DNA from: Eledone cirrhosa
Lineage: Eukaryota
Reading direction: 5' to 3'
NCBI GenBank assembly: GCA_964016885.1
Contig: OZ024742.1
Span: 327,856,001 to 327,920,000 of the forward strand
DNA length: 64,000 nucleotides
Shown: piece after piece, positions 12,801-30,800 of the stretch
Numbering within the stretch: position 1 is the stretch's first letter
Layout: the number at the start of each line of letters is the position of its first letter
Program-made: the position numbers and the translations under genes
The notes under the pieces: generated by a model
Databases searched by the model: none
What the model was told of the DNA's origin: nothing
The model's input: only the letters and a program-made list of their open reading frames with translations

Positions 12801-15800
12801 ACACCAACAACACCACCATCACAACCACCACAAATACCATCACCTTCATCACCACCAACAACACCAACAACACCACCATCACAACCACCACAAATACCAT
12901 CACCTTCATCACCACCAACAACACCAACAGCACCACCATCAAAACCACCACAAATACCATCACCTTCATCACCACCAACAACACCAACAACACCACCATC
13001 ACAACCACCACAAATACCATCACCTTCATCACCACCAACAACACCAACAACACCACCATCACATCCACCACAAATACCATCATCTTTATCACCACCAACA
13101 ATACCAACAGCACCACCATCACAACCACCACAAATACCATCACCTTCAACACCACCAACAACAGCACCACCATCACAACCACCACAAATACCATCACCTT
13201 CAACACCACCAACAACAACACCACCATCACAACCACCACAAATACCATCACCTTCAACACCACCAACAACACCAACAACACCACCATCACATCCACCACA
13301 AATACCATCACCTTCATCACCACCAACAACACCAACAACACCACCATCACAACCACCACAAATACCATCATCTTCATCACCACCAACAACAACACCGCCA
13401 TCACAACCACCACAAATACCATCACCTTCAACACCACCAACAACAGCACCACCATCACAACCACCACAAATACCATCACCTTCAACACCACCAACAACAA
13501 CACCACCATCACAACCACCACAAATACCATCACCTTCAACACCACCAACAACACCAACAACACCACCATCACATCCACCACAAATACCATCACCTTCATC
13601 ACCACCAACAACACCAACAACACCACCATCACAACCACCACAAATACCATCATCTTCATCACCACCAACAACAACACCGCCATCACAACCACCACAAATA
13701 CCATCACCTTCAACACCACCAACAACAACATCACCATCACAACCACCACAAATACCATCACCTTCATCACCATCAACAACACCAACAACACCGCCATCAC
13801 AACCACCACAAATACCATCACCTTCATCACCACCAACAACAACACCGCCATCACAACCACCACAAATACCATCACCTTTATCACCACCAACAACACCAAC
13901 AACATCACCATCACAACCACCACAAATACCATCACCTTCATCACCATCAACAACACCAACAACATCACCATCACAACCACCACAAATACCATCACCTTCA
14001 TCACCATCAACAACACCAACAACACCGCCATCACAACCACCACAAATACCATCACCTTCAACACCACCAACAACACCAACAACACCACCATCACAACCAG
14101 CACGAATACCATCACCTTCAACACCACCAACAAAACCAACAACACCACCATCACAACCACCACAAATACCATCACCTTCAACACCACCAACAACACCAGC
14201 AACACCACCATCACAACCAGCACGAATACCATCACCTTCAACACCACCAACAAAACCAACAACACCACCATCACGACCACCACAAATACCATCAACTTCA
14301 ACACCATCAACACCACCAACAACACCACCATCACAACCACCACAAATACCATCACCTTCAACACCACCAACAACACCAGCAACACCACCATCACAACCAC
14401 CACAAATACCATCACCTTCATCACCACCATCACAACCACCACAAATACCATCACCTACATCACCACCAATAACACCAGCAACACCACCATCACAACCACC
14501 ACAAATACCATCACCTTCATCACCACCAACAACACCAACAACACCACCATCACAACCACCACAAATACCATCACCTTCATCACCACCAACAACACCAACA
14601 ACACCACCATCACAACCACCACAAATACCATCACCTACATCACCACCAATAACACCAGCAACACCACCATCACAACCACCACAAATACCATCACCTTCAT
14701 CACCACCAACAACACCAACAGCACCACCATCACAACACTAAAAATACCATCAACATCATCACCATCAACAATACCAATAACAACAGCATCACAACAACCA
14801 CAAATACCATCACCTTCATCACCACCATCACAACCACCACAAATACCATCAACATCACCACCACCAACAACACCACCATCACAACCACCACAAATACCAT
14901 CACCTTCATCCCCACCAACAGCACCACCATCACAACCACCACAAATACCATCACCTTCATTACCACCAACAACACCAGCAACACCACCATCACAACAACC
15001 ACAAATAACATCAACATCATCACCATCAATAATACCAATAACACCACCATCACAACAACCACAAATAACATCAACATCATCACCACCAACAACACCAACA
15101 ACACCACCATCACAACCACCACAAATACCATCACCTTCATCACCACCAACAACACCAACAAAACCACCATCACAACCACCACAAATACCATCACCTTCAT
15201 CACCACCAACAACACCAACAGCACCACCATCACAACCACTACAAATACCATCACCTTCAACACCACCAACAACACCAACAACACCACCATCACAACCACC
15301 ACAAATACCATCACCTTCAACACCATCAACACCACCAACAACACCACCATCACAACCACCACAAATACCATCACCTTCAACACCACCAACAACTCCAGCA
15401 ACACCACCATCACAACCACCACAAATACCATCACCTTCATCACCACCATCACAACCACCACAAATACCATCACCTACATCACCACCAATAACACCAGCAA
15501 CACCACCATCACAACCACCACAAATACCATCACCTTCATCACCACCAACAACACCAGCAACACCACCATCACAACCACCACAAATACCATCACCTTCATC
15601 ACCACCAACAACACCAACAGCACCACCATCACAACACTAAAAATACCATCAACATCATCACCATCAACAATACCAATAACAACAGCATCACAACAACCAC
15701 AAATACCATCACCTTCATCACCACCATCACAACCACCACAAATACCATCAACATCACCACCACCAACAACACCACCATCACCACCACCACAAATACCATC

Positions 15801-18800
15801 ACCTTCATCACCACCAACAACACCACCATCACAACAACCACAAATACCATCACCTTCATCACCACCATCACAACCACCACAAATACCATCAACATCACCA
15901 CCACCAACAACACCACCATCACCACCACCACAAATACCATCACCTTCATCCCCACCAACAGCACCACCATCACAACCACCACAAATACCATCACCTTCAA
16001 CACCACCAACAAAACCAACAACACCACCATCACAACCACCACAAATACCATCACCTTCATCACCACCAACAACACCAACAACACCACCATCACAACCACC
16101 ACAAATACCATCACCTTCATCACCACCAACAATACCAACAGCACCACCATCACATCCACCACAAATACCATCACCTTCAACACCACCAACAACACCAGCA
16201 ACACCATCACAACAACCACAAATACCATCACCTTCATCACCATCACCACCAACAACAACACCACCATCACAACCACCACAAATAACATCAACATCATCAC
16301 CACCAGCAACACCAACAACACCACCATCACAACCACCACAAATAACATCAACATCATCACCATCAACAATACCAATAACACCACCATCACAACAACCACA
16401 AATAACATCAACATCATCACCACCAACAACACCAGCAACACCACCATCACATCCACCACAAATACCATCACCTTCATTACCACCAACAACACCAGCAACA
16501 CCACCATCACAACAACCACAAATAACATCAACATCATCACCATCAACAATACCAATAACACCACCATCACAACAACCACAAATAACATCAACATCATCAC
16601 CACCAACAACACCAACAACACCACCATCACAACCACCACAAATACCATCACCTTCATCACCACCAACAACACCAACAGCACCACCATCAAAACCACCACA
16701 AATACCATCACCTTCATCACCACCAACAACACCAACAACACCACCATCACAACCACCACAAATACCATCACCTTCATCACCACCAACAACACCAACAACA
16801 CCACCATCACATCCACCACAAATACCATCATCTTTATCACCACCAACAATACCAACAGCACCACCATCACAACCACCACAAATACCATCATCTTCATCAC
16901 CACCAACAACAACACCGCCATCACAACCACCACAAATACCATCACCTTCAACACCACCAACAACAGCACCACCATCACAACCACCACAAATACCATCACC
17001 TTCAACACCACCAACAACAACACCACCATCACAACCACCACAAATACCATCACCTTCAACACCACCAACAACACCAACAACACCACCATCACATCCACCA
17101 CAAATACCATCACCTTCATCACCACCAACAACACCAACAACACCACCATCACAACCACCACAAATACCATCACCTTCATCACCACCAACAATACCAACAG
17201 CACCACCATCACATCCACCACAAATACCATCACCTTCAACACCACCAACAACACCAGCAACACCATCACAACAACCACAAATACCATCACCTTCATCACC
17301 ATCACCACCAACAACAACACCACCATCACAACCACCACAAATAACATCAACATCATCACCACCAGCAACACCAACAACACCACCATCACAACCACCACAA
17401 ATAACATCAACATCATCACCATCAACAATACCAATAACACCACCATCACAACAACCACAAATAACATCAACATCATCACCACCAACAACACCAGCAACAC
17501 CACCATCACATCCACCACAAATACCATCACCTTCATTACCACCAACAACACCAGCAACACCACCATCACAACAACCACAAATAACATCAACATCATCACC
17601 ATCAACAATACCAATAACACCACCATCACAACAACCACAAATAACATCAACATCATCACCACCAACAACACCAACAACACCACCATCACAACCACCACAA
17701 ATACCATCACCTTCATCACCACCAACAACACCAACAGCACCACCATCAAAACCACCACAAATACCATCACCTTCATCACCACCAACAACACCAACAACAC
17801 CACCATCACAACCACCACAAATACCATCACCTTCATCACCACCAACAACACCAACAACACCACCATCACATCCACCACAAATACCATCATCTTTATCACC
17901 ACCAACAATACCAACAGCACCACCATCACAACCACCACAAATACCATCATCTTCATCACCACCAACAACAACACCGCCATCACAACCACCACAAATACCA
18001 TCACCTTCAACACCACCAACAACAGCACCACCATCACAACCACCACAAATACCATCACCTTCAACACCACCAACAACAACACCACCATCACAACCACCAC
18101 AAATACCATCACCTTCAACACCACCAACAACACCAACAACACCACCATCACATCCACCACAAATACCATCACCTTCATCACCACCAACAACACCAACAAC
18201 ACCACCATCACAACCACCACAAATACCATCATCTTCATCACCACCAACAACAACACCGCCATCACAACCACCACAAATACCATCACCTTCAACACCACCA
18301 ACAACAACATCACCATCACAACCACCACAAATACCATCACCTTCATCACCATCAACAACACCAACAACACCGCCATCACAACCACCACAAATACCATCAC
18401 CTTCATCACCACCAACAACAACACCGCCATCACAACCACCACAAATACCATCACCTTTATCACCACCAACAACACCAACAACATCACCATCACAACCACC
18501 ACAAATACCATCACCTTCATCACCATCAACAACACCAACAACATCACCATCACAACCACCACAAATACCATCACCTTCATCACCATCAACAACACCAACA
18601 ACACCGCCATCACAACCACCACAAATACCATCACCTTCAACACCACCAACAACACCAACAACACCACCATCACAACCACCACAAATACCATCACCTTCAA
18701 CACCACCAACAACACCAGCAACACCACCATCACAACCACCACAAATACCATCACCTTCAACACCACCAACAACACCAACAACACCACCATCACAACCACC

Positions 18801-21800
18801 ACAAATACCATCACCTTCATCACCACCATCACAACCACCACAAATACCATCACCTTCATCACCACCAACAACAACACCACCATCACAACCACCACAAATA
18901 CCATCACCTTCAACACCACCAACAACACCAGCAACACCACCATCACAACCACCACAAATACCATCACCTTCAACACCACCAACAACACCATCACCATCAC
19001 AACCACCACAAATACCATCACCTTCATCACCATCAACAACACCAGCAACACCACCATCACAACCACCACAAATACCATCACCTTCATCACCACCACCAAC
19101 AACACCACCATCACAACCACCACAAATACCATCACCTTCATCACCACCAACAACAACACCACCATCACAACCACCACAAATACCATCACCTTCAACACCA
19201 TCAACAACACCAACAACACCACCATCACAACCACCACAAATACCATCACCTTCAACACCACCAACACCACCAACAACAACACCGCCATCACAACCACCAC
19301 AAATACCATCACCTTCAACACCACCAACAACAACACCACCATCACAACCACCACAAATACCATCACCTTCAACACCAGCAACAACACCAACAACACCACC
19401 ATCACAACCACCACAAATACCATCACCTTCATCACCACCAACAACAACACCGCCATCACAACCACCACAAATACCATCACCTTCAACACCACCAACAACA
19501 ACACCACCATCACAACCACCACAAATACCACCACATTCAACACCAGCAACAACACCAACAACACCACCATCACATCCACCACAAATACCATCACCTTCAT
19601 CACCATCAACAACACCAACAACACCACCATCACAACCACCACAAATACCATCACCTTCAACACCACCAACAACACAAACAACACCACCATCACAACCACC
19701 ACAAATACCATCACCTTCATCACCACCAACAACAACACCGCCATCACAACCACCACAAATACCATCACCTTCAACACCACCACCAACAACAACAACACCG
19801 CCATCACAACCACCACAAATACCATCACCTTCAACACCACCAACAACACAAACAACACCACCATCACAACCACCACAAATACCATCACCTTCAACACCAC
19901 CAACAACAACAACAACACCACCATCACAACAACCACAAATACCATCACCTTCAACACCACCAACAACACAAACAACACCACCATCACAACCACCACAAAT
20001 ACCATCACCTTCATCACCACCAACAACAACACCGCCATCACAACCACCACAAATACCATCACCTTCAACACCACCAACAACAACAACAACACCGCCATCA
20101 CAACCACCACAAATACCATCACCTTCAACACCATCAACAACACCACCATCACAACCACCACAAATACCATCACCTTCAACACCAGCAACAACACCAACAA
20201 CACCACCATCACAACCACCACAAATACCATCACCTTCAACACCACCAACAACATCACCATCACACCAACACAAATACCATCACCTTCATCACCACCAACA
20301 ACACCAACAACACCACCATCACATCCACCACAAATACCATCACCTTCAACACCACCAACAACACCACCATCACATCCACCACAAATACCATCACCTTCAA
20401 CACCACCAACAACACCAACAACACCACCATCACAACCACCACAGATACCATCACCTTCATCACCACCAACAACAACACCGCCATCACAACCACCACAAAT
20501 ACCATCACCTTCAACACCACCAACAACACCAACAACTCCACCATCACAACCACCACAAATACCATTACCTTCATCACCACCAACAACAACACCACCATCA
20601 CAACCACCACAAATACCATCACCTTCAACACCACCAACAACAACAACAACACCACCATCACAACAACCACAAATACCATCACCTTCAACACCACCAACAA
20701 CACCAACAACACCGCCATGACAACCACCACAAATACCATCACCTTCAACACCACCAACAACAACAACAACACCACCATCACAACCACCACAAATACCATC
20801 ACCTTCAACACCAGCAACAACACCAACAACACCACCATCACAACCACCACAAATACCATCACCTTCAACACCACCAACAACATCACCATCACACCAACAC
20901 AAATACCATCACCTTCATCACCACCAACAACACCAGCAACACCACCATCACAACCACCACAAATACCATCACCTTCAACACCACCAACACCACCAACAAC
21001 ACCACCATCACAACCACCACAAATACCATCACCTTCAACACCATCAACAACACCAGCAACACCACCATCACAACCACCACAAATACCATCACCTTCAACA
21101 CCACCAACAACACCAACATCACCACCATCACAACCACCACCTTCATCACCACCAACAACACCAACATCACCACCATCACAACCACCACAAATACCATCAC
21201 CTTCATCACCACCAACAACACCAACATCACCACCATCACAACCACCACCTTCATCACCACCAACAACACCAACATCACCACCATCACAACCACCACAAAT
21301 ACCATCACCTTCATCACCACCAACAACACCAACATCACCACCATCACAACCACCACCTTCATCACCACCAACAACACCAACAACACCACCATCACAACCA
21401 CCACAAATACCATCACCTTCATCACAACCAACATCACCAGCAATACCACCATCACAACCACCACAAATACCATCACCTTCATCACCACCAACAACAACAC
21501 CACCATCACATCCACCACAAATACCATCACCTTCAACACCACCAACAACACCAACAACACCACCATCACAACCACCACAAATACCATCACCTTCATCACC
21601 ACCAACAATACCAACAGCACCACCATCACATCCACCACAAATATCATCACCTTCATCACCACCAACAACACCAAGAACACCACCATCACATCCACCACAA
21701 ATACCATCACCATCAACACCAACAACACTACAATCACATCCACCACAAATACCATCACCATCAACACCAACAACACCACCATCACAAATAACATAACCTT

Positions 21801-24800
21801 CATCACAACCAACAACACCAGCAACACCACCATCACAACCACCACAAATACCATCACCTTCAACACCACCAACAACACCAACAGCACCAAAATCACAACC
21901 ACCACAAATACCATCACCTTCAACACCACCAACAACACCAACAGCACCACCATCACAACCACCACAAATACCATCACCTTCAACACCAGCAACAACACCA
22001 ACAGCACCACCATCACAACCACCACAAATACCATCACCTTCAACACCACCAACAACACCAACAGCACCACCATCACAACCACCACAAATACCATCACCTT
22101 CAACACCACCAACAACACCAACAGCACCACCATCACAACCACCACAAATACCATCACCTTTAACACCACCAACAACACCAACAGCACCAAAATCACAACC
22201 ACCACAAATACCATCACCTTCAACACCACCAACAACACCAACAGCACCACCATCACAACCACCACAAATACCATCACCTTCATCACCACCAACAGCACCA
22301 CCATCACAACCACCACAAATACCATCACCTTCAACACCACCAACAACACCAACAGCACCAAAATCACAACCACCACAAATACCATCACCTTCAACACCAC
22401 CAACAACACCAACAGCACCACCATCACAACCACCACAAATACCATCACCTTCAACACCACCAACAACACCAACAGCACCTAAATCACAACCACCACAAAT
22501 ACCATCACCTTCAACACCACCAACAACAACACCACCATCACAACCACCACAAATACCATCACCTTCAACACCACCAACAACACCAACAACACCACCATCA
22601 CAACCACCACAAATACCATCACCTTCAACACCACCAACAACACCAACAGCACCACCATCACAACCACCACTAATACCATCACCTTCAACACCAGCAACAA
22701 CACCAACAGCACCACCATCACAACCACCACAAATACCATCACCTTCAACACCACCAACAACACCAACAGCACCAAAATCACAACCACCACAAATACCATC
22801 ACCTTCAACACCACCAACAACACCAGCAACACCACCATCACAACCACCACAAATACCATCACCTTCAACACCAGCAACAACACCAACAGCACCACCATCA
22901 CAACCACCACAAATACCATCACCTTCAACACCACCAACAACACCAACAGCACCAAAATCACAACCACCACAAATACCATCACCTTCAACACCACCAACAA
23001 CACCAACAGCACCACCATCACAACCACCACAAATACCATCACCTTCATCACCATCAACAACAACAACAACACAACCATCACATCCACCACAAATACCATC
23101 ACCATCAACACCAACAACACCACCATCACAAATATCATAACCTTCATCACAACCAACAACACCAGCAACACCACCATCACAACCACCACAAATACCATCA
23201 CCTTCAACACCACCAACAACACCAACAACACCAAAATCACAACCACCACAAATACCATCACCTTCAACACCACCAACAACACCAACAACACCAAAATCAC
23301 AACCACCACAAATACCATCACCTTCAACACCACCAACAACACCAACAGCACCACCATCACAACCACCACAAATACCATCACCTTCATCACCATCAACAAC
23401 AACAACAACACAACCATCACATCCACCACAAATACCATCACCATCAACACCAACAACACCACCATCACAAATAACATAACCTTCATCACAACCAACAACA
23501 CCAGCAACACCACCATCACAACCACCACAAATACCATCACCTTCAACACCACCAACAACACCAACAACACCAAAATCACAACCACCACAAATACCATCAC
23601 CTTCAACACCACCAACAACACCAACAACACCAAAATCACAACCACCACAAATACCATCACCTTCAACACCACCAACAACACCAACAACACCAAAATCACA
23701 ACCACCACAAATACCATCACCTTCAACACCACCAACAACACCAACAACACCAAAATCACATCCACCACAAATACCATCACCATCAACACCAACAACACCA
23801 CCATCACAAATAACATAACCTTCATCACAACCAACAACACCAGCAACACCACCATCACAACCACCACAAATACCATCACCTTCAACACCACCAACAACAC
23901 CAACAACACCAAAATCACAACCACCACAAATACCATCACCTTCAACACCACCAACAACACCAACAACACCAAAATCACAACCACCACAAATACCATCACC
24001 TTCAACACCACCAACAACACCAACAACACCAAAATCACATCCACCACAAATACCATCACCATCAACACCAACAACACCACCATCACAAATAACATAACCT
24101 TCATCACAACCAACAACACCAGCAACACCACCATCACAACCACCACAAATACCATCACCTTCAACACCACCAACAACACCAACAACACCAAAATCACAAC
24201 CACCACAAATACCATCACCTTCAACACCACCAACAACACCAACAACACCAAAATCACAACCACCACAAATACCATCACCTTCAACACCACCAACAACACC
24301 AACAACACCAAAATCACAACCACCACAAATACCATCACCTTCAACACCACCAACAACACCAACAGCACCAAAATCACAACCACCACAAATACCATCACCT
24401 TCAACAGCACCAACAACACCAACAACACCACCATCACAACCACCACAAATACCATCACCTTCAACACCACCAACAACACCAACAGCACCACCATCACAAC
24501 CACCACAAATACCATCACCTTCAACACCAGCAACAACACCAACAACACCAACATCACAACCACCACAAATACCATCACCATCAACACCAACAACACTACA
24601 ATCACATCCACCACAAATACCATCACCATCAACACCAACAACACCACCATCACAAATAACATAACCTTCATCACAACCAACAACACCAGCAACACCACCA
24701 TCACAACCACCACAAATACCATCACCTTCAACACCACCAACAACACCAACAGCACCAAAATCACAACCACCACAAATACCATCACCTTCAACACCACCAA

Positions 24801-27800
24801 CAACACCAACAGCACCACCATCACAACCACCACAAATACCATCACCTTCAACACCAGCAACAACACCAACAGCACCACCATCACAACCACCACAAATACC
24901 ATCACCTTCAACACCACCAACAACACCAACAGCACCACCATCACAACCACCACAAATACCATCACCTTCAACACCACCAACAACACCAACAGCACCACCA
25001 TCACAACCACCACAAATACCATCACCTTTAACACCACCAACAACACCAACAGCACCAAAATCACAACCACCACAAATACCATCACCTTCAACACCACCAA
25101 CAACACCAACAGCACCACCATCACAACCACCACAAATACCATCACCTTCATCACCACCAACAGCACCACCATCACAACCACCACAAATACCATCACCTTC
25201 AACACCACCAACAACACCAACAGCACCAAAATCACAACCACCACAAATACCATCACCTTCAACACCACCAACAACACCAACAGCACCACCATCACAACCA
25301 CCACAAATACCATCACCTTCAACACCACCAACAACACCAACAGCACCTAAATCACAACCACCACAAATACCATCACCTTCAACACCACCAACAACAACAC
25401 CACCATCACAACCACCACAAATACCATCACCTTCAACACCACCAACAACACCAACAACACCACCATCACAACCACCACAAATACCATCACCTTCAACACC
25501 ACCAACAACACCAACAGCACCACCATCACAACCACCACTAATACCATCACCTTCAACACCAGCAACAACACCAACAGCACCACCATCACAACCACCACAA
25601 ATACCATCACCTTCAACACCACCAACAACACCAACAGCACCAAAATCACAACCACCACAAATACCATCACCTTCAACACCACCAACAACACCAGCAACAC
25701 CACCATCACAACCACCACAAATACCATCACCTTCAACACCAGCAACAACACCAACAGCACCACCATCACAACCACCACAAATACCATCACCTTCAACACC
25801 ACCAACAACACCAACAGCACCAAAATCACAACCACCACAAATACCATCACCTTCAACACCACCAACAACACCAACAGCACCACCATCACAACCACCACAA
25901 ATACCATCACCTTCATCACCATCAACAACAACAACAACACAACCATCACATCCACCACAAATACCATCACCATCAACACCAACAACACCACCATCACAAA
26001 TAACATAACCTTCATCACAACCAACAACACCAGCAACACCACCATCACAACCACCACAAATACCATCACCTTCAACACCACCAACAACACCAACAACACC
26101 AAAATCACAACCACCACAAATACCATCACCTTCAACACCACCAACAACACCAACAACACCAAAATCACAACCACCACAAATACCATCACCTTCAACACCA
26201 CCAACAACACCAACAGCACCACCATCACAACCACCACAAATACCATCACCTTCATCACCATCAACAACAACAACAACACAACCATCACATCCACCACAAA
26301 TACCATCACCATCAACACCAACAACACCACCATCACAAATAACATAACCTTCATCACAACCAACAACACCAGCAACACCACCATCACAACCACCACAAAT
26401 ACCATCACCTTCAACACCACCAACAACACCAACAACACCAAAATCACAACCACCACAAATACCATCACCTTCAACACCACCAACAACACCAACAACACCA
26501 AAATCACAACCACCACAAATACCATCACCTTCAACACCACCAACAACACCAACAACACCAAAATCACAACCACCACAAATACCATCACCTTCAACACCAC
26601 CAACAACACCAACAACACCAAAATCACATCCACCACAAATACCATCACCATCAACACCAACAACACCACCATCACAAATAACATAACCTTCATCACAACC
26701 AACAACACCAGCAACACCACCATCACAACCACCACAAATACCATCACCTTCAACACCACCAACAACACCAACAACACCAAAATCACAACCACCACAAATA
26801 CCATCACCTTCAACACCACCAACAACACCAACAACACCAAAATCACAACCACCACAAATACCATCACCTTCAACACCACCAACAACACCAACAACACCAA
26901 AATCACATCCACCACAAATACCATCACCATCAACACCAACAACACCACCATCACAAATAACATAACCTTCATCACAACCAACAACACCAGCAACACCACC
27001 ATCACAACCACCACAAATACCATCACCTTCAACACCACCAACAACACCAACAACACCAAAATCACAACCACCACAAATACCATCACCTTCAACACCACCA
27101 ACAACACCAACAACACCAAAATCACAACCACCACAAATACCATCACCTTCAACACCACCAACAACACCAACAACACCAAAATCACAACCACCACAAATAC
27201 CATCACCTTCAACACCACCAACAACACCAACAGCACCAAAATCACAACCACCACAAATACCATCACCTTCAACACCACCAACAACACCAACAACACCACC
27301 ATCACAACCACCACAAATACCATCACCTTCAACACCACCAACAACACCAACAGCACCACCATCACAACCACCACAAATACCATCACCTTCAACACCAGCA
27401 ACAACACCAACAACACCAACATCACAACCACCACAAATACCATCACCTTCAACACCACCAACAACACCAACAGCACCACCATCACAACCACCACAAATAC
27501 CATCACCTTCAACACCACCAACAACACCAACAACACCACCATCACAACCACCACAAATACCATCACCTTCAACACCATCAACAACACCAGCAACACCACC
27601 ATCACAACCACCACAAATACTATCACCACCAACACCACCAACAACACCAACATCACCACCATCACAACCACCACAAATACCATCACCTTCAACACCACCA
27701 ACAACACCAACAGCACCAAAATCACAACCACCACAAATACCATCACCTTCAACACCACCAACAACACCAACAGCACCAAAATCACAACCACCACAAATAC

Positions 27801-30800
27801 CATCACCTTCATCACCACCAACAATACCAACAGCACCACCATCACAACCACCACAAATACCATCACCTTCAACACCACCAACAACACCAACAACACCACC
27901 ATCACAACCACCACAAATACCATCACCTTCATCACCACCAACAACACCAACAGCACCACCATCACAACCACCACAAATACCATCACCTTCATCACAAACA
28001 ACAACACCAACATCACCACCATCACAACCACCACAAATACCATCACCTTCAACACCATCAACAACACCAGCAACACCACCATCACAACCACCACAAATAC
28101 TATCACCACCAACACCACCAACAACACCAACATCACCACCATCACAACCACCACAAATACTATCACCTTCAACACCACCAACAACACCAACATCACCACC
28201 ATCACAACCACCACAAATACCATCACCTTCATCACCACCAACAACACCAGCAACACCACCATCACAACCACCACAAATACCATCACCTTCAACACCACCA
28301 GCAACACCACCATCACAACCACCACAAATACCATCACCTTCAACACCACCAACAAAACCAACAACACCACCATCACAACCATCACAAATGCCACCACCTT
28401 CATCACAAACAACAACACCAACATCACCACCATCACAACCACCACAAATACCATCACCTTCAACACCACCAACAAAACCAACAACACCAAAATCACAACC
28501 ACCACAAATACCATCACCTTCAACACCACCAACAACACCAACAGCACCACCATCACAACCACCACAAATACCATCACCTTCAACACCACCAGCAACACCA
28601 CCATCACAACCACCACAAATACCATCACCTTCAACACCACCAACAAAACCAACAACACCACCATCACAACCATCACAAATGCCACCACCTTCATCACAAA
28701 CAACAACACCAACATCACCACCATCACAACCACCACAAATACCATCACCTTCAACACCACCAACAACACCAACAGCACCAAAATCACAACCACCACAAAT
28801 ACCATCACCTTCAACACCACCAACAACACCAACAGCACCACCATCACAACCACCACAAATACCATCACCTTCAACACCAGCAACAACACCAACAGCACCA
28901 CCATCACAACCACCACAAATACCATCACCTTCAACACCACCAGCAACACCACCATCACAACCACCACAAATACCATCACCTTCAACACCACCAACAACAC
29001 CAACAGCACCACCATCACAACCACCACAAATACCATCACCTTCAACACCACCAACAACACCAACAGCACAACCATCACAACTACCACAAATACCATCACC
29101 TTCAACACAACCAACAACACCACCATCACAACCACCACAAATACGATCACCATCTTCATCACCACCAACAACATCAACAGCACCACCATCACAACCACCA
29201 CAAATACTATCACCTTCAACACCACCAACAACACCAACAGCACCAAAATCACAACCACCACAAATACCATCACCTTCAACACCACCAACACCACCAACAA
29301 CACCACCATCACAACAACCACAAATAACATCAACATCATCACCACCAACAACACCAACAACACCACCATCACAACCACCACAAATACCATCACCTTCATC
29401 ACCACCAACAACACCAACAACACCACCATCACAACCATCACAAATACTATCACCACCAACACCACCAACAACACCAACAGCACCAAAATCACAACCACCA
29501 CAAATACCATCACCTTCAACACCACCAACAACACCAACAGCACCACCATCACAACCACCACAAATACCATCACCTTCAACACCACCAACAACACCAACAG
29601 CACCACCATCACAACCACCACAAATACCATCACCTTCAACACCACCAACAAAACCAACAACACCACCATCACAACCACCACAAATACCATCACCTTCAAC
29701 ACCACCACCAACAACAACAGCACCACCATCACAACCACCACAAATACCATCACCTTCAACACCACCAACAACACCAACAGCACCACCATCACAACCACCA
29801 CAAATACCATCACCTTCAACACCACCACCAACAACAACAGCACCACCATCACAACCACCACAAATACCATCACCTTCAACACCACCACCAACAACAACAG
29901 CACCACCATCACAACCACCACAAATACCATCACCTTCAACACCACCAACAACACCAACAGCACCACCATCACAACCACCACAAATACCATCACCTTCAAC
30001 ACCACCAACAACACCAACAGCACCACCATCACAACCACCACAAATACCATCACCTTCAACACCACCACCAACAACAACACCACCATCACAACCACCACAA
30101 ATACCATCACCTTCAACACCACCAACAACACCAACAACACCACCATCACAACCAGCACAAATACCATCACCTTCAACACCACCAACAACACCAGCAACAC
30201 CACCATCACAACCACCACAAATACCATCACCTTCAACACCACCAACAACACCAGCAACACCACCATCACATCCACCACAAATACCATCACCTTCAACACC
30301 ACCACCAACAACAACAGCACCACCATCACAACCACCACAAATACCATCACCTTTATCACCACCAACAACACCAACAACATCACCATCACAACCACCACAA
30401 ATACCATCACCTTCAACACCACCAACAACACCAACAACACCAAAATCACAACCACCACAAATACCATCACCTTCAACACCACCAACAACACCAACAACAC
30501 CAAAATCACAACCACCACAAATACCATCAACTTCAACACCACCAACAACACCAACAACACCACCATCACAACCACCACAAATACCATCACCTTCAACACC
30601 ACCAACAACACCAACAACACCACCATCACAACCACCACAAATACCATCACCTTCAACACCACCAACAACACCAGCAACACCACCATCACATCCACCACAA
30701 ATACCATCACCTTCAACACCACCAACAAAACCAACAACACCAAAATCACAACCACCACAAATACCATCACCTTCAACACCACCAACAACACCAACAGCAC

